64,000 nt of DNA, taken from assembly GCA_963713955.1 (NCBI GenBank), contig OY970216.1, positions 506,252 to 570,251 on the forward strand, given 5' to 3'. The stretch is from an uncultured bacterium (GTDB lineage Bacteria > Patescibacteriota > Minisyncoccia > UBA6257 > GWB1-50-10). Below, in pieces: positions 26,154 through 35,157 of the stretch. The stretch's first letter is position 1, and every line of letters begins with the position of its first letter. The position numbers were made by a program, and so were the translations under genes. Under the pieces are notes generated by a model. The model did no database searches. It had not been told where the DNA came from and saw only the letters and a list, made by a program, of their open reading frames with translations.

Positions 26154-26174
26154 TCGTCGTGGTATAATGACTGC

Positions 26175-26648
26175 ATGAAACACTTAATACCCTTGATCAC
26201 CGCCGAGGCCCACTGCGACGTGCCTTGCGGAATTTATGATCCAACGCCGGCGAAAATTGCCGCAAAAACCGTCGCGCGCATGGTCGATCAAATCGAGGAT
26301 ACGCACCCGCCGAAAGACTGGAATGATGCCGTTGCGGTTTCGCTCTACATCCAGAGCATTTCCCGCCGGGTCGCCGTGAAGGAAGAGCACGCGGGAATTT
26401 GCAAGAAAGAGCTCTATACCCTCTGGTCCGACTTCTTCAAACCGGAACACCTTGCGAAATATCCAAACCTTCACGACATGTTCTGGAAAGCGACCAAGCT
26501 CTGCTCGAAAGACAAACAGAACATCAGTAAAGAAGATGCCACAGCGCTTGTCTCGGCCGTCGACGAAATTGCCAAGGTCTTCTACGAAATAAAAGGCAAT
26601 CCCGAACGGTACGATTCATATAAGGACGTGACGGACAAGTTGTACTAA
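26175..26648 (+). CDS. sodN: Nickel superoxide dismutase precursor (NiSOD)
   Basis: 12-aa leader then the Ni-hook HCDVPCGIYDPTPA (consensus HCDLPCGVYDPA). Size and 4-helix composition fit SodN. Confidence 0.85.
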   Translation: MKHLIPLITAEAHCDVPCGIYDPTPAKIAAKTVARMVDQIEDTHPPKDWNDAVAVSLYIQSISRRVAVKEEHAGICKKELYTLWSDFFKPEHLAKYPNLHDMFWKATKLCSKDKQNISKEDATALVSAVDEIAKVFYEIKGNPERYDSYKDVTDKLY

Positions 26649-26914
26649 TGTTTTTGTTTCGCGTTAAAGTGGAAGGTGAAAGTCTCTGGCCGGAATTAAT
26701 ACCCGGCAGGATCTACTGGGCTTCCGCTCTCCTGAAACCCCGAGTGGGGGACTATGTCGTCTTCAGAAATCCCCGAAACCAGGATCGGAACGTAGTCAAA
26801 AGAGTTGAAAAAATAGACGGCGACGCCTTGAAAGTCGGGGGGACCATAGAAAGATCGGCAAACTACGAAATAACCTCTAAAAACGTAATAGGGAAGCTGA
26901 TTTTTGGACCCTAA
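26648..26914 (+). CDS. sodX: NiSOD maturation peptidase SodX (S26 signal-peptidase-like)
   Basis: 88 aa with the GESLWPEL catalytic-Ser motif (compare GDSMxP of S26) and a Lys-containing C-terminal region. Adjacent to sodN with overlapping stop/start. Confidence 0.7.
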   Translation: MFLFRVKVEGESLWPELIPGRIYWASALLKPRVGDYVVFRNPRNQDRNVVKRVEKIDGDALKVGGTIERSANYEITSKNVIGKLIFGP

Positions 26915-26993
26915 AAAGGTTTGTATAAACGAGGTTCTTGTGGTAAAATGAAGGTATTATAAAGAGGCCACGAGCTTATTTTTTGTTGACCAA

Positions 26994-29900
26994 ATGGTAA
27001 AGATACAAATAAACAAAGGATCAAAAGAGCCCAAAAAAGAACCCAAGAAGAAACCGAAGGAGGAGCCAAGGAAAGAAGAAAAGCCGAAGGAAAAGGAGGT
27101 ATCGTACAGTGCCAAGAACATCTACGTTCTGGAGGGCCTCGAACCGGTCAGAAAACGTCCGGGCATGTACATCGGCTCCACCGGAGTCGACGGTCTCCAT
27201 CATTTGGTCTGGGAAGTGGTGGACAATTCCATCGACGAGGCGATGGGGGGATACGCCAAAAACATCACTATCGAACTCCTAAAAAACAACCGGGTTGCCG
27301 TAACCGATGATGGGCGTGGCATCCCCGTCGACATCCATTCTCAAACCAAGAAATCGGCCCTCGAAACTGTTATGACGACACTCCACGCCGGCGGAAAATT
27401 CGGCGGAGAATCATACAAAGTTTCCGGCGGTCTCCACGGCGTCGGCGTCTCAGTCGTAAACGCTCTCTCGACGTGGCTCCGCGTTGAGGTCTACCGCGAC
27501 AATGCTGTTTATTTCCAGGAATACAAACGGGGGAAACCGGAATTCTCCATGAAGAAAAACGGCAAATCAGCCCACACGGGCACAAAAGTCATCTTCGATG
27601 CCGATCCGGAAATTTTCCAAAAGATAGAGTACGACCGGAAAAGAATCATCGACCACTTGCGGCAACAGGCATACCTCACGAAAGGCGTGAGGATAAACAT
27701 AATCGACACGAGAGAAGATGAGCCGTTCAATTACAGTTTTTACTTCGACGGAGGATTGAAATCCTTTCTCGGTTATTTGGTCGACGGAGAAACGCCGATA
27801 CAGGACGAATTCTTTTACGTGCATAAAACTTACCAGGATATAGAGATTGAAGTTGCCATCACTTACATAAACGACCAGGAAGCCAAGGAGTTGAGCTTCG
27901 CCAACAATATTTATACCTCGGACGGCGGAATGCACCTGACCGGCCTCCGCAGCGCCATGACAAGGAGCTTGAATGACTACGCGAGGAAAGAAGAATACGT
28001 GAAGGAGGCGGACGAGAATCTGACGGGCGACGATATCAGGGAAGGTATAGTCTCGATAATATCCATAAAAATACACGAACCCCAGTTCGAAGGACAAACC
28101 AAAGCCCGGCTTGGAAACCCGGAAGCCAGGACCGCCGTTGAGTACGTAGTGAACGAAGCGCTCAAGGAATTCCTGGAGAAGCATCCGCAGGATGCCAAGA
28201 AAATAATCGAGAAAAACCTGATAGCCGCCAAGGCCCGGAAAGCCGCCAAAGCCGCGAAGGACACGGTCCTCCGGAAAGGCGCACTGGAGGGATTGACTTT
28301 ACCCGGCAAACTCGCCGATTGTTCTTCCCGCAAAGCCGAGGAGTCGGAGCTTTTCATAGTCGAAGGCGATTCGGCCGGTGGATGTTTCGACGGAAACACT
28401 AAGGTTGCTTTAACCGACGGACGAAATCTTAGTTTTAAAGAATTGATAAAGGAAGATAAACAAGGAAAGAAGAACTTCTGTTATACGATACAGAACGATG
28501 GCCATGTCGGCATCGCTCCGATATTGAATCCGAGAATCACCAAGAAAAATGCGAAAGTCATTAAAATCGTTCTGGATAGTAACGAGGAATTGACATGCAC
28601 GCCAGATCATAAATTCATGCTGGCCGACGGCACTTTTAAAGCAGCTCAAGAATTAAAGAAGACTGATTCGCTCATGCCGCTTTACCGGCAATATTCAAAA
28701 TTAGGGAAGAGAATCACGATCGAAGGATATGAGATGATTTTTGATCCATCGGAAAAACGATGGGTTTTCACTCATCTTCTTTCAGATCAATACAATCTGA
28801 AAAAAGATGTTTATAATCCGAGCGAAAGACCATATCGACACCACAAAGATTTTAATAAGCTGAATAATAATCCAGAAAACATTATCCGTATGTCAAAAGA
28901 AGAACATCTTGCCGTCCACAGGGAAATGGCGCATCTTACGCTTCAGCGACCCGATGTGCGGGAAAAACTAAAAGCATTGCACCGGAAACCTGAATTCAGG
29001 GAAAAGATTAGCCGAGCGATGATGAAAAAACACGAGGAGCTATCCGAGAGAGCCAGTAAGCAATGGGAATCGCCGGAATATCGTTCCTTCATGGCGAAAA
29101 AATTCATGGATTTCTATGAAAACAACGAAAATTACAGAATCAAAAACCGCGAATCACTTACGCAAGCCCAACGAAAATACTGGAGCAGCGAAGAAAACAG
29201 GAAATCGCAGGCTGAACGGGTAAAAATCTTCTTTGCGGAACATCCAGAAAGAATTCGGGAACTTTCATTGAGTGCCAGAAAACAGTGGAACAATGAAACG
29301 CTTCGGGAATGGAGAAAGGAAAAAACCAAAACACAGTGGACGAATGAATTCAGGGAAAAACGAAAAAGATCGTATGACGAAACGTATCTTGCAAAAGCAA
29401 TGCGAGCATTGCGCAATTTCTACGAACGTACCGGCACAGTTTCCGTTGAGGAATACGATTCGTTGCGCCAAAAGACCAACGATAAATCTCTATTGCGATT
29501 CGACACTCTTGTTGATAGGTTTTTCAACGGCAAAAAGGAACGTCTCATTGATGCCGTAATCCACTACAACCATAAGATAATTCGCATAGAACCGTTATCA
29601 AGGAAAATCGATGTTTATGACCTGGAGGTTCCTGAAACTCATAACTTCGCGCTCGCGGGCGGCATATTCGTGCATAACAGCGCCAAGCAGGGACGCGACC
29701 GGAGATTCCAGGCGATCCTTCCGCTCCGCGGCAAGATCATGAACGTGGAGAAATCGAGAATCGACAAGATGCTCGTGAATAAAGAGATCCGGTCGCTCGT
29801 GATCGCCCTCGGAACCGCCATATCGGAAAACTTCGACATCTCGAAACTCCGCTACCACAAGATCGTCATCATGACCGATGCCGACGTCGATGGCGCACAC

Positions 29901-30290
29901 ATCCGAACGCTCCTCCTCACTCTCTTCTACCGATATTTCCCGAAGATCATGGAAGGCGGTTACATCTACATCGCCCAGCCGCCACTCTATCGCGTCCAAA
30001 AGGGAAAAGAATTCCAATACGCCTACAGTGACGACGAGCGCGACAAACTGATAAAGAAGATGGGCGGCGAAGGAGTGAATATCCAGCGATACAAGGGCTT
30101 GGGAGAAATGAACCCCGAGCAACTGTGGGAAACCACCATGAACCCGGCGAGCCGTCTCATGAAACGGATAAACATCGAGGATGCGATCGAAGCGAACCGG
30201 ATGTTCGATATCCTGATGGGCGAGCTTGTGGAACCACGGAAGAATTTCATCCAGGCGAACGCCGTCTACGCGAAGAACATCGACATTTAA
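26994..30290 (+). CDS. gyrB: DNA gyrase subunit B carrying an in-frame intein. N-terminal Lys/Glu-rich extension
   Basis: ATPase (GLHHLVWEVVDNSIDEAMGG), transducer and TOPRIM motifs. EGDSAGG is interrupted by CFDGNTKVAL... and resumes ...VHN|SAKQGRDRRFQAILPLRGKIMNVE. Flanking exteins total about 666 aa. Confidence 0.9.
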   Translation: MVKIQINKGSKEPKKEPKKKPKEEPRKEEKPKEKEVSYSAKNIYVLEGLEPVRKRPGMYIGSTGVDGLHHLVWEVVDNSIDEAMGGYAKNITIELLKNNRVAVTDDGRGIPVDIHSQTKKSALETVMTTLHAGGKFGGESYKVSGGLHGVGVSVVNALSTWLRVEVYRDNAVYFQEYKRGKPEFSMKKNGKSAHTGTKVIFDADPEIFQKIEYDRKRIIDHLRQQAYLTKGVRINIIDTREDEPFNYSFYFDGGLKSFLGYLVDGETPIQDEFFYVHKTYQDIEIEVAITYINDQEAKELSFANNIYTSDGGMHLTGLRSAMTRSLNDYARKEEYVKEADENLTGDDIREGIVSIISIKIHEPQFEGQTKARLGNPEARTAVEYVVNEALKEFLEKHPQDAKKIIEKNLIAAKARKAAKAAKDTVLRKGALEGLTLPGKLADCSSRKAEESELFIVEGDSAGGCFDGNTKVALTDGRNLSFKELIKEDKQGKKNFCYTIQNDGHVGIAPILNPRITKKNAKVIKIVLDSNEELTCTPDHKFMLADGTFKAAQELKKTDSLMPLYRQYSKLGKRITIEGYEMIFDPSEKRWVFTHLLSDQYNLKKDVYNPSERPYRHHKDFNKLNNNPENIIRMSKEEHLAVHREMAHLTLQRPDVREKLKALHRKPEFREKISRAMMKKHEELSERASKQWESPEYRSFMAKKFMDFYENNENYRIKNRESLTQAQRKYWSSEENRKSQAERVKIFFAEHPERIRELSLSARKQWNNETLREWRKEKTKTQWTNEFREKRKRSYDETYLAKAMRALRNFYERTGTVSVEEYDSLRQKTNDKSLLRFDTLVDRFFNGKKERLIDAVIHYNHKIIRIEPLSRKIDVYDLEVPETHNFALAGGIFVHNSAKQGRDRRFQAILPLRGKIMNVEKSRIDKMLVNKEIRSLVIALGTAISENFDISKLRYHKIVIMTDADVDGAHIRTLLLTLFYRYFPKIMEGGYIYIAQPPLYRVQKGKEFQYAYSDDERDKLIKKMGGEGVNIQRYKGLGEMNPEQLWETTMNPASRLMKRINIEDAIEANRMFDILMGELVEPRKNFIQANAVYAKNIDI
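28383..29678 (+). mobile_element. GyrB intein (432 aa, Cys1...His-Asn) with an HNH endonuclease motif and a repeated helical segment
   Basis: Block A CFDGNTKVALTDG, C-terminal ...IFVHN followed by Ser+1. Internal HHKDFNKLNNNPENIIRMSKEEHLAVH matches the HNH (HH..N..N...H) pattern. About 5 repeats end in KQW/KYW/TQW. Confidence 0.8.
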
Positions 30291-30304
30291 ACACCTCTCA
30301 AAGT

Positions 30305-30340
30305 GACCCCCGGCTCTCGGAGAGAACCGGGGGTCTTTTG
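30305..30340 (+). terminator. Rho-independent terminator after gyrB
   Basis: GACCCCCGGCTCTC..GAGAACCGGGGGTC hairpin + TTTTG. Confidence 0.7.
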
Positions 30341-30341
30341 A

Positions 30342-30494
30342 TTGACAGGAAAGGAAATGCTTGATACTATGGGAACGTTCCGTAGATAGCAGGCATCCGC
30401 CGAAGAGGCGGAAGTAAGACCTGCCGAGGAAGAAGCTTCGCTGAAGTCGGGTCGATTCTTCTTAACGTCTGCGGCAACGCAGATTTTTTGCTGT
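30342..30494 (+). promoter_or_regulatory. rplJ promoter (TTGACA-17-TACTAT) and a structured L10 leader ending in an attenuator hairpin TCTGCGGCAACGCAGA + TTTTTTG
   Basis: -35 at 30342-30347, -10 at 30365-30370. A leader of about 125 nt has a hairpin with U tract immediately before the rplJ ATG, consistent with L10(L12)4 autoregulatory leaders. Confidence 0.55.
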
Positions 30495-30992
30495 ATGAAA
30501 ACGAAAGCGCAAAAAAAGGAACAGATAGAAACGGGAACGAAAGAGCTTGAAAAAAGCGAAACCGTCGTCTTCACGGACTTTACCGGACTCACGGCCAATG
30601 ACTTGAACGGTTTCAGGCGATTGGTGAGAGAGATCGGCGGCGTCATGATCGTCATGAAGAAGCGACTTCTCACGTTGGCTCTGAAAGAAAAGGGGATAGA
30701 CTTCGATGCCAAAAAATTGAATGGGCAGGTCGGCGTCGTATTTTCGCCCAAGGATTCCGTCGAAACGGCCAACACCGTCTATAAGTTCGGCAAACCCTTC
30801 AAGACCAAAAAAATCTTCAATATTCTGGGAGGGTTCGATTTGAAAGACAAGAGATTCATGGAAAGCGCGGAAGTCGAGACGCTGGGGCAACTGCCTTCGC
30901 GGGAAGCGCTCCTCGGGCAACTGGCGTTCATGCTCACCGTCCCAATCAAGAAAGTCCTGTTCGTTTTGAACGAAAAAGCGAAACGAGGATGA
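30495..30992 (+). CDS. rplJ: 50S ribosomal protein L10
   Basis: [40 protein letters not shown], an L10 signature. Confidence 0.9.
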   Translation: MKTKAQKKEQIETGTKELEKSETVVFTDFTGLTANDLNGFRRLVREIGGVMIVMKKRLLTLALKEKGIDFDAKKLNGQVGVVFSPKDSVETANTVYKFGKPFKTKKIFNILGGFDLKDKRFMESAEVETLGQLPSREALLGQLAFMLTVPIKKVLFVLNEKAKRG

Positions 30993-31015
30993 GGTCGTAC
31001 CATAAACCAAAAAAC

Positions 31016-31387
31016 ATGGAAAAATTCAACGATATCATAGAAAAAATAGAGGAGCTCTCGGTCGCGGAACTTTCCGAGCTCGTCAAAGCGCTCGAAGAGA
31101 AATTCGGCGTATCGGCGGCGGCAATGGCCGTTGCGGGACCGGGAAACGGCGGAAACGGAGCGGCAGCCGAGGAAAAGACATCCTGGGGCGTGATGCTCAA
31201 GACCACCGGTGATCAGAAAATCAATGTCATCAAGATCCTGCGAGAGGCGACCGGATTGGGGCTCAAAGAAGCCAAGGATATGGCCGACGCAGCTCCGAAA
31301 CTGGTCAAGGAAGGATTAAAGAAAGAGGAAGCCGAGGAACTCAAGAAAAAACTCGAGGAAGTCGGCGCCGTTGCGGAATTGCAATAG
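31016..31387 (+). CDS. rplL: 50S ribosomal protein L7/L12
   Basis: N-terminal dimerisation helix ([26 protein letters not shown]), Ala/Gly hinge, C-terminal domain [24 protein letters not shown]. The ATG at 31016 was chosen. Confidence 0.9.
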   Translation: MEKFNDIIEKIEELSVAELSELVKALEEKFGVSAAAMAVAGPGNGGNGAAAEEKTSWGVMLKTTGDQKINVIKILREATGLGLKEAKDMADAAPKLVKEGLKKEEAEELKKKLEEVGAVAELQ

Positions 31388-31400
31388 AACAGACACAGAA

Positions 31401-31432
31401 ACAGCGCCTTGAAAAAAGCGCTGTTTTGTTTT
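31401..31432 (+). terminator. Rho-independent terminator after rplL
   Basis: ACAGCGC..GCGCTGT hairpin + TTTGTTTT. Confidence 0.7.
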
Positions 31433-31446
31433 AATTTAAGGATACC

Positions 31447-31518
31447 GGACAGTTAGCTCAGCGGTAGAGCACTGCATTCACATTGCAGGGGTCACAGGTT
31501 CGAACCCTGTACTGTCCA
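31447..31518 (+). tRNA. tRNA-Val (anticodon CAC)
   Basis: GGACAGT/ACTGTCC acceptor, GCTC/GAGC D stem, CTGCA-TTCACAT-TGCAG anticodon arm, ACAGG-TTCGAAC-CCTGT T arm. 72 nt. Confidence 0.85.
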
Positions 31519-31522
31519 CTAT

Positions 31523-32578
31523 ATGTGGTTCAATAAACCAAAATTTGAAAGACCAGAACCGACGGTAATCGGGCCGGCTTCTGATGAGACAAAAGAGAGT
31601 GTAAAAAGACTTATTCTCGAAAGATTCGGGGAAAAGCATCTCGAACAACTATCGGAGGAAGACCGCGAAAAACTGGAATCCTCAGAGTTAAAAAAGGAGC
31701 CATACGAGAAATTGGTCATAGAGAGAGCCAATAAGATCACCAACGAACTTTTGCGGGATGCTGGCCAAAGTCCGTTTGAGATACCGGAAAGAAACATACA
31801 CGATATACCAAATCGATTATTCGAAAAACTAGAAGATGACGGTGATACGAGGGCGGTAACTTACTCTGACCAGCAATCTATTTTCATAAATTCTGATAAG
31901 ATCAGGAATCCAATCGATAGATCGGCAACAATACTACACGAAATGACCCATCTGAAAAGTTTTCTATCATTGGAAGTCCATGAAGACGACCTTTTCATCC
32001 ATCGAGCCGGACTCAAGGTTGCTCCGACAAGAAAAAAGAGGGAGGATTTGGGATACTATAATTCCTTTACCGGTTTAAACGAGGCTGTAGTAACAGAAAT
32101 GGAAAAAACATACCTAACCCAGTTGTTGGAATTCAATAAATTTATACGCAATGAGAAAGAATGGGAATCGTCAGAAGAAGCACTAAAGACAAAAGGAGAT
32201 ATAGCGAAGGAAAAAAACATGGATCCAGAAGAGATAATATGCCTGACTAAAATCGAGGGTGGTTATGAATATAAAATATTCCCTTATCCCGCCCAACGGA
32301 AAGTGCTACACCACACCGTGAATAAGATCTTCGAGGACAACCGCAAAAAATTTAAGTCTGAAAATGAAGTGATGAAACTCTTCTTTAACGCTCATTTCAA
32401 CGGACAATTGATAGAAATAGGAAGATTGATAGAAAAATCTTTCGGCGAAGGATCATTCAGAATAGTAGGGATGATGGATGACGACAGCAAATCGGCTAAC
32501 AGAGTAATGGACTATCTCAAGAAATATAAAAAGAAAAACCAAACTAACGCCGAGGAGTTAAAGGAGATAGGAAAGTAA
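31523..32578 (+). CDS. Hypothetical protein with HEXXH zinc-metallopeptidase-like motif
   Basis: 351 aa. TILHEMTHLKSF contains HEMTH. No other family assignment is possible by eye. Confidence 0.4.
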   Translation: MWFNKPKFERPEPTVIGPASDETKESVKRLILERFGEKHLEQLSEEDREKLESSELKKEPYEKLVIERANKITNELLRDAGQSPFEIPERNIHDIPNRLFEKLEDDGDTRAVTYSDQQSIFINSDKIRNPIDRSATILHEMTHLKSFLSLEVHEDDLFIHRAGLKVAPTRKKREDLGYYNSFTGLNEAVVTEMEKTYLTQLLEFNKFIRNEKEWESSEEALKTKGDIAKEKNMDPEEIICLTKIEGGYEYKIFPYPAQRKVLHHTVNKIFEDNRKKFKSENEVMKLFFNAHFNGQLIEIGRLIEKSFGEGSFRIVGMMDDDSKSANRVMDYLKKYKKKNQTNAEELKEIGK

Positions 32579-32597
32579 ACAATTTTCGGGCAACTCA

Positions 32598-33041
32598 ATG
32601 AGAGAGAAAACAAGACTTATAGCGTGGGCGGGCATTATAGCCGGCATCATAATAATATTGCTCTTGGCCGGGGTGCTAATATTCGTCCCTCAAAACAATA
32701 AAACCAAGACTACGGCGCAAACGGGCACGGCTACAACATCGACCATACCGGATGTTAACATGATATATCCCACAGGCAGCGAGATGTGGACAATCGGGCA
32801 AACGTATACCATGAAGTGGAGCGGGGGAGCGCCGACCGTAAGTATCTTCCTTATTAACAAATGGGCGGAACAATTCGGAGCGTCCGTCAGCAGTTTTGAT
32901 AGGATCTACAACATTCCAAACAGGGGAATATATGATTACACCGTCCCTGCACACATCAATACCACTCACAACGAATATCAAATCTGCATAGAAGATGGAC
33001 CGAGATCCGCTTGCAGCGGCTATTTCTCAATCTCGAAATAG
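32598..33041 (+). CDS. Membrane-anchored secreted hypothetical protein
   Basis: N-terminal TM/signal (LIAWAGIIAGIIIILLLAGVLIF), a Thr-rich linker, two Cys near the C-terminus. Confidence 0.35.
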   Translation: MREKTRLIAWAGIIAGIIIILLLAGVLIFVPQNNKTKTTAQTGTATTSTIPDVNMIYPTGSEMWTIGQTYTMKWSGGAPTVSIFLINKWAEQFGASVSSFDRIYNIPNRGIYDYTVPAHINTTHNEYQICIEDGPRSACSGYFSISK

Positions 33042-33067
33042 AACAATTCCAGAGTTATAATCAACTT

Positions 33068-33646
33068 ATGCAAAAAAGAGTGATTATCGTCCACGGCTGG
33101 GACGGAACCCCCGAAAAAGCCTGGTTCCCGTGGCTCAAGAAAGAACTGGAAGCGAAGGGATTTGAGGTCATCGTTCCCCAACTTCCCGATACCGGAAGGC
33201 CAAGGATATACAATTGGGTCCCGAAACTCGCAGAAGTCGCCGGCACGCCGAACGAAAATACGTATTTCGTCGGCCACAGTATGGGTAACCAGACGATAGC
33301 GCGGTACCTCGAATCGCTGCCGGAAGGAATCAAAGTCGGTGGAGCGGTATTTGTCGCCGGATTTTTCAAGCATATCACGAACGCCGACAACAACCAGGAT
33401 GAAACAGAAACAAGAAAACATTGGCTCGAAGCACCATTGGATTTGAACAAAGTGAGATCGCGTCTTTCAAAGAGCGTCGCCATATTCTCGGACGACGATC
33501 CGTACGTGCCGCTCGACAACCAAGACGATTTCAGGGATAGGCTGAATTCGAAGATCGTCATCGAACATGCGAAGGGACACTTCAGGAACAGCGACAAATG
33601 TCTCGAACTCCCGTCAGCTCTCGAAGCAGTAATGAGCTTGCAATGA
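33068..33646 (+). CDS. Alpha/beta-hydrolase fold serine hydrolase (RBBP9/YdeN-like)
   Basis: VIIVHGWDG, nucleophile elbow GHSMG, C-terminal His region. The ATG at 33068 was chosen to avoid overlap with the upstream gene. Confidence 0.6.
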   Translation: MQKRVIIVHGWDGTPEKAWFPWLKKELEAKGFEVIVPQLPDTGRPRIYNWVPKLAEVAGTPNENTYFVGHSMGNQTIARYLESLPEGIKVGGAVFVAGFFKHITNADNNQDETETRKHWLEAPLDLNKVRSRLSKSVAIFSDDDPYVPLDNQDDFRDRLNSKIVIEHAKGHFRNSDKCLELPSALEAVMSLQ

Positions 33647-34407
33647 TCAAAGCGATTATCTTCGATCTCGACGGCACGGCAATCCCGATGCAGGAAAATG
33701 CCTTGCCGTCCAAACGACTCACATCGGATATCGCAAAAATAAACGATAGATTCATCGTCTCCGCGGCAACAGGGCGGTCAATACCAAAAGCAAGACCCAT
33801 CTTGAAAAATCTGAATCTCAAAGACCCTTGCATCATATACGGCGGCGCTCAAATCATAAATCCTCAAAGCGAGGAGGTTCTCTGGGAAAAAAGAATGTCG
33901 GAGAAGCAAGTCCAAGGCATCATCAATGCCTGCAAACCGTATTCTTACGAAATACTATTCAGTGATGAATCCCTTGGGGAAGGGGCGCCGGCAAGTCATA
34001 AAACCGCCGCCGGTCCCGAGTTGATCGTTTACATTATGACTATGCAAAAGGAGGATAGCGAAGTTGTTGCATCGGAATTGAAAAAAATAGATGACCTGGC
34101 GGTCCATGGAGCCGGATCCTGGACCGAAGGCCGCATAGATCTTCACATAACACATCGCGAAGCGAACAAAAAACACGCCATCAAGGAATGGCTGGAAATC
34201 ATAGGAGCAAAAAAAGAAGAGGTTGTCGGCGTGGGGGATAATGATAATGACTTACCGCTCCTCGAGATGGTAGGCTACAAGGTTGCCATGGGAAATGCCA
34301 CCGACGAACTGAAATCGATCGCCGACTATGTCGCTCCTTCCATTGAAGAAGACGGTCTCGCTCAAGCGATCGAAAAATTATTTCCAATCCCCAATAAAAT
34401 AACATAA
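33643..34407 (+). CDS. HAD-superfamily hydrolase, Cof-like (subfamily IIB) phosphatase
   Basis: Motif I IIFDLDGT, motif III/IV VGVGDNDNDLPLLEMVGYKVAMGNATDELK. ATGA overlap with the upstream gene. Confidence 0.75.
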   Translation: MIKAIIFDLDGTAIPMQENALPSKRLTSDIAKINDRFIVSAATGRSIPKARPILKNLNLKDPCIIYGGAQIINPQSEEVLWEKRMSEKQVQGIINACKPYSYEILFSDESLGEGAPASHKTAAGPELIVYIMTMQKEDSEVVASELKKIDDLAVHGAGSWTEGRIDLHITHREANKKHAIKEWLEIIGAKKEEVVGVGDNDNDLPLLEMVGYKVAMGNATDELKSIADYVAPSIEEDGLAQAIEKLFPIPNKIT

Positions 34408-34438
34408 ATCCACTTGAGAGAGGATTTGGTTTTTTCCT

Positions 34439-34522
34439 GAGCGAGCCAAGCATTTCTCGCGAAGGCTAAGACTTGGGCGTCGCCCCGGAGACTGCCTGAG
34501 CGGGGAATGCTTGGCGAGCGCG
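34439..34522. repeat. REP/MITE-like element copy D. The same 40-nt core as copy A (34461-34500, 40/40 identical), flanked by different inverted arms (GCGAGCCAAGCATT... / ...AATGCTTGGCGAGCGC)
   Basis: Core identical to 9235-9274. The arms are copy-specific but again form an inverted repeat. Confidence 0.7.
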
Positions 34523-34620
34523 AATCCAAACCGAAAGTGGGAAAAGGCTAAAAGTCAACCTGTTGATAACTTCCACTGCAAACCTCAGATAAAACCTATC
34601 AAATCCGCCCCAGGGGCGGT

Positions 34621-34690
34621 TTTTTAATGTTGGGAGTGGTGGTATAATGGTACATAAGAGTGGTGAGAAGTGGACAAGTCTGTGGATAAG
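34621..34690 (+). promoter_or_regulatory. mraZ promoter (extended -10 TGGTATAAT at 34640-34648) followed by three direct GTGG(T/A) repeats (34660, 34670, 34682). Candidate MraZ operator
   Basis: MraZ autoregulates through GTGGG-type direct repeats with about 10-bp spacing in other bacteria. Here the repeats sit between -10 and the mraZ ATG (34724). Confidence 0.45.
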
Positions 34691-34723
34691 GCATCAATCT
34701 GGGGATAACTAAGGTTTTTTACT

Positions 34724-35155
34724 ATGATACTGGGAGAATTCAAACATAGCTTGGATATCAAAGGTCGCGTGGCTGTACCGGCCAAATTCAGGGAAAAAAT
34801 AGAGACCGGAGCCATCATTACGAGAGGCCTGGACAAATGCTTGTTCATGTTTGGGGCAAAGGAATGGGAAACGCTCGTACAAAAATTGACGTCGCTGCCA
34901 TTGGCTCAATCGAACTCTCGGGCGTTCGTGCGGTTGATGCTCGCCGGAGCATCGGACGTGACCTTCGACAATCAGGGAAGAATCTTGATCCCCGAATATC
35001 TGAGAAAATACGCCGGACTCAAAAAACAAGTCATTTTGACCGGCCTCTTTAATAGGATAGAAATCTGGGATTCGGAAAATTGGGAAACGTACAAGGCCAA
35101 GACCGAATCCTCGTCGGATGAGATAGCCGAAAAGTTAGGCGAGCTGGGGATATAA
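34724..35155 (+). CDS. mraZ: Transcriptional regulator MraZ
   Basis: Duplicated SpoVT/AbrB-like halves (LDIKGRVAVPAKFR...; TFDNQGRILIPEYLR). Heads the dcw cluster. Confidence 0.9.
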   Translation: MILGEFKHSLDIKGRVAVPAKFREKIETGAIITRGLDKCLFMFGAKEWETLVQKLTSLPLAQSNSRAFVRLMLAGASDVTFDNQGRILIPEYLRKYAGLKKQVILTGLFNRIEIWDSENWETYKAKTESSSDEIAEKLGELGI

Positions 35156-35157
35156 CC

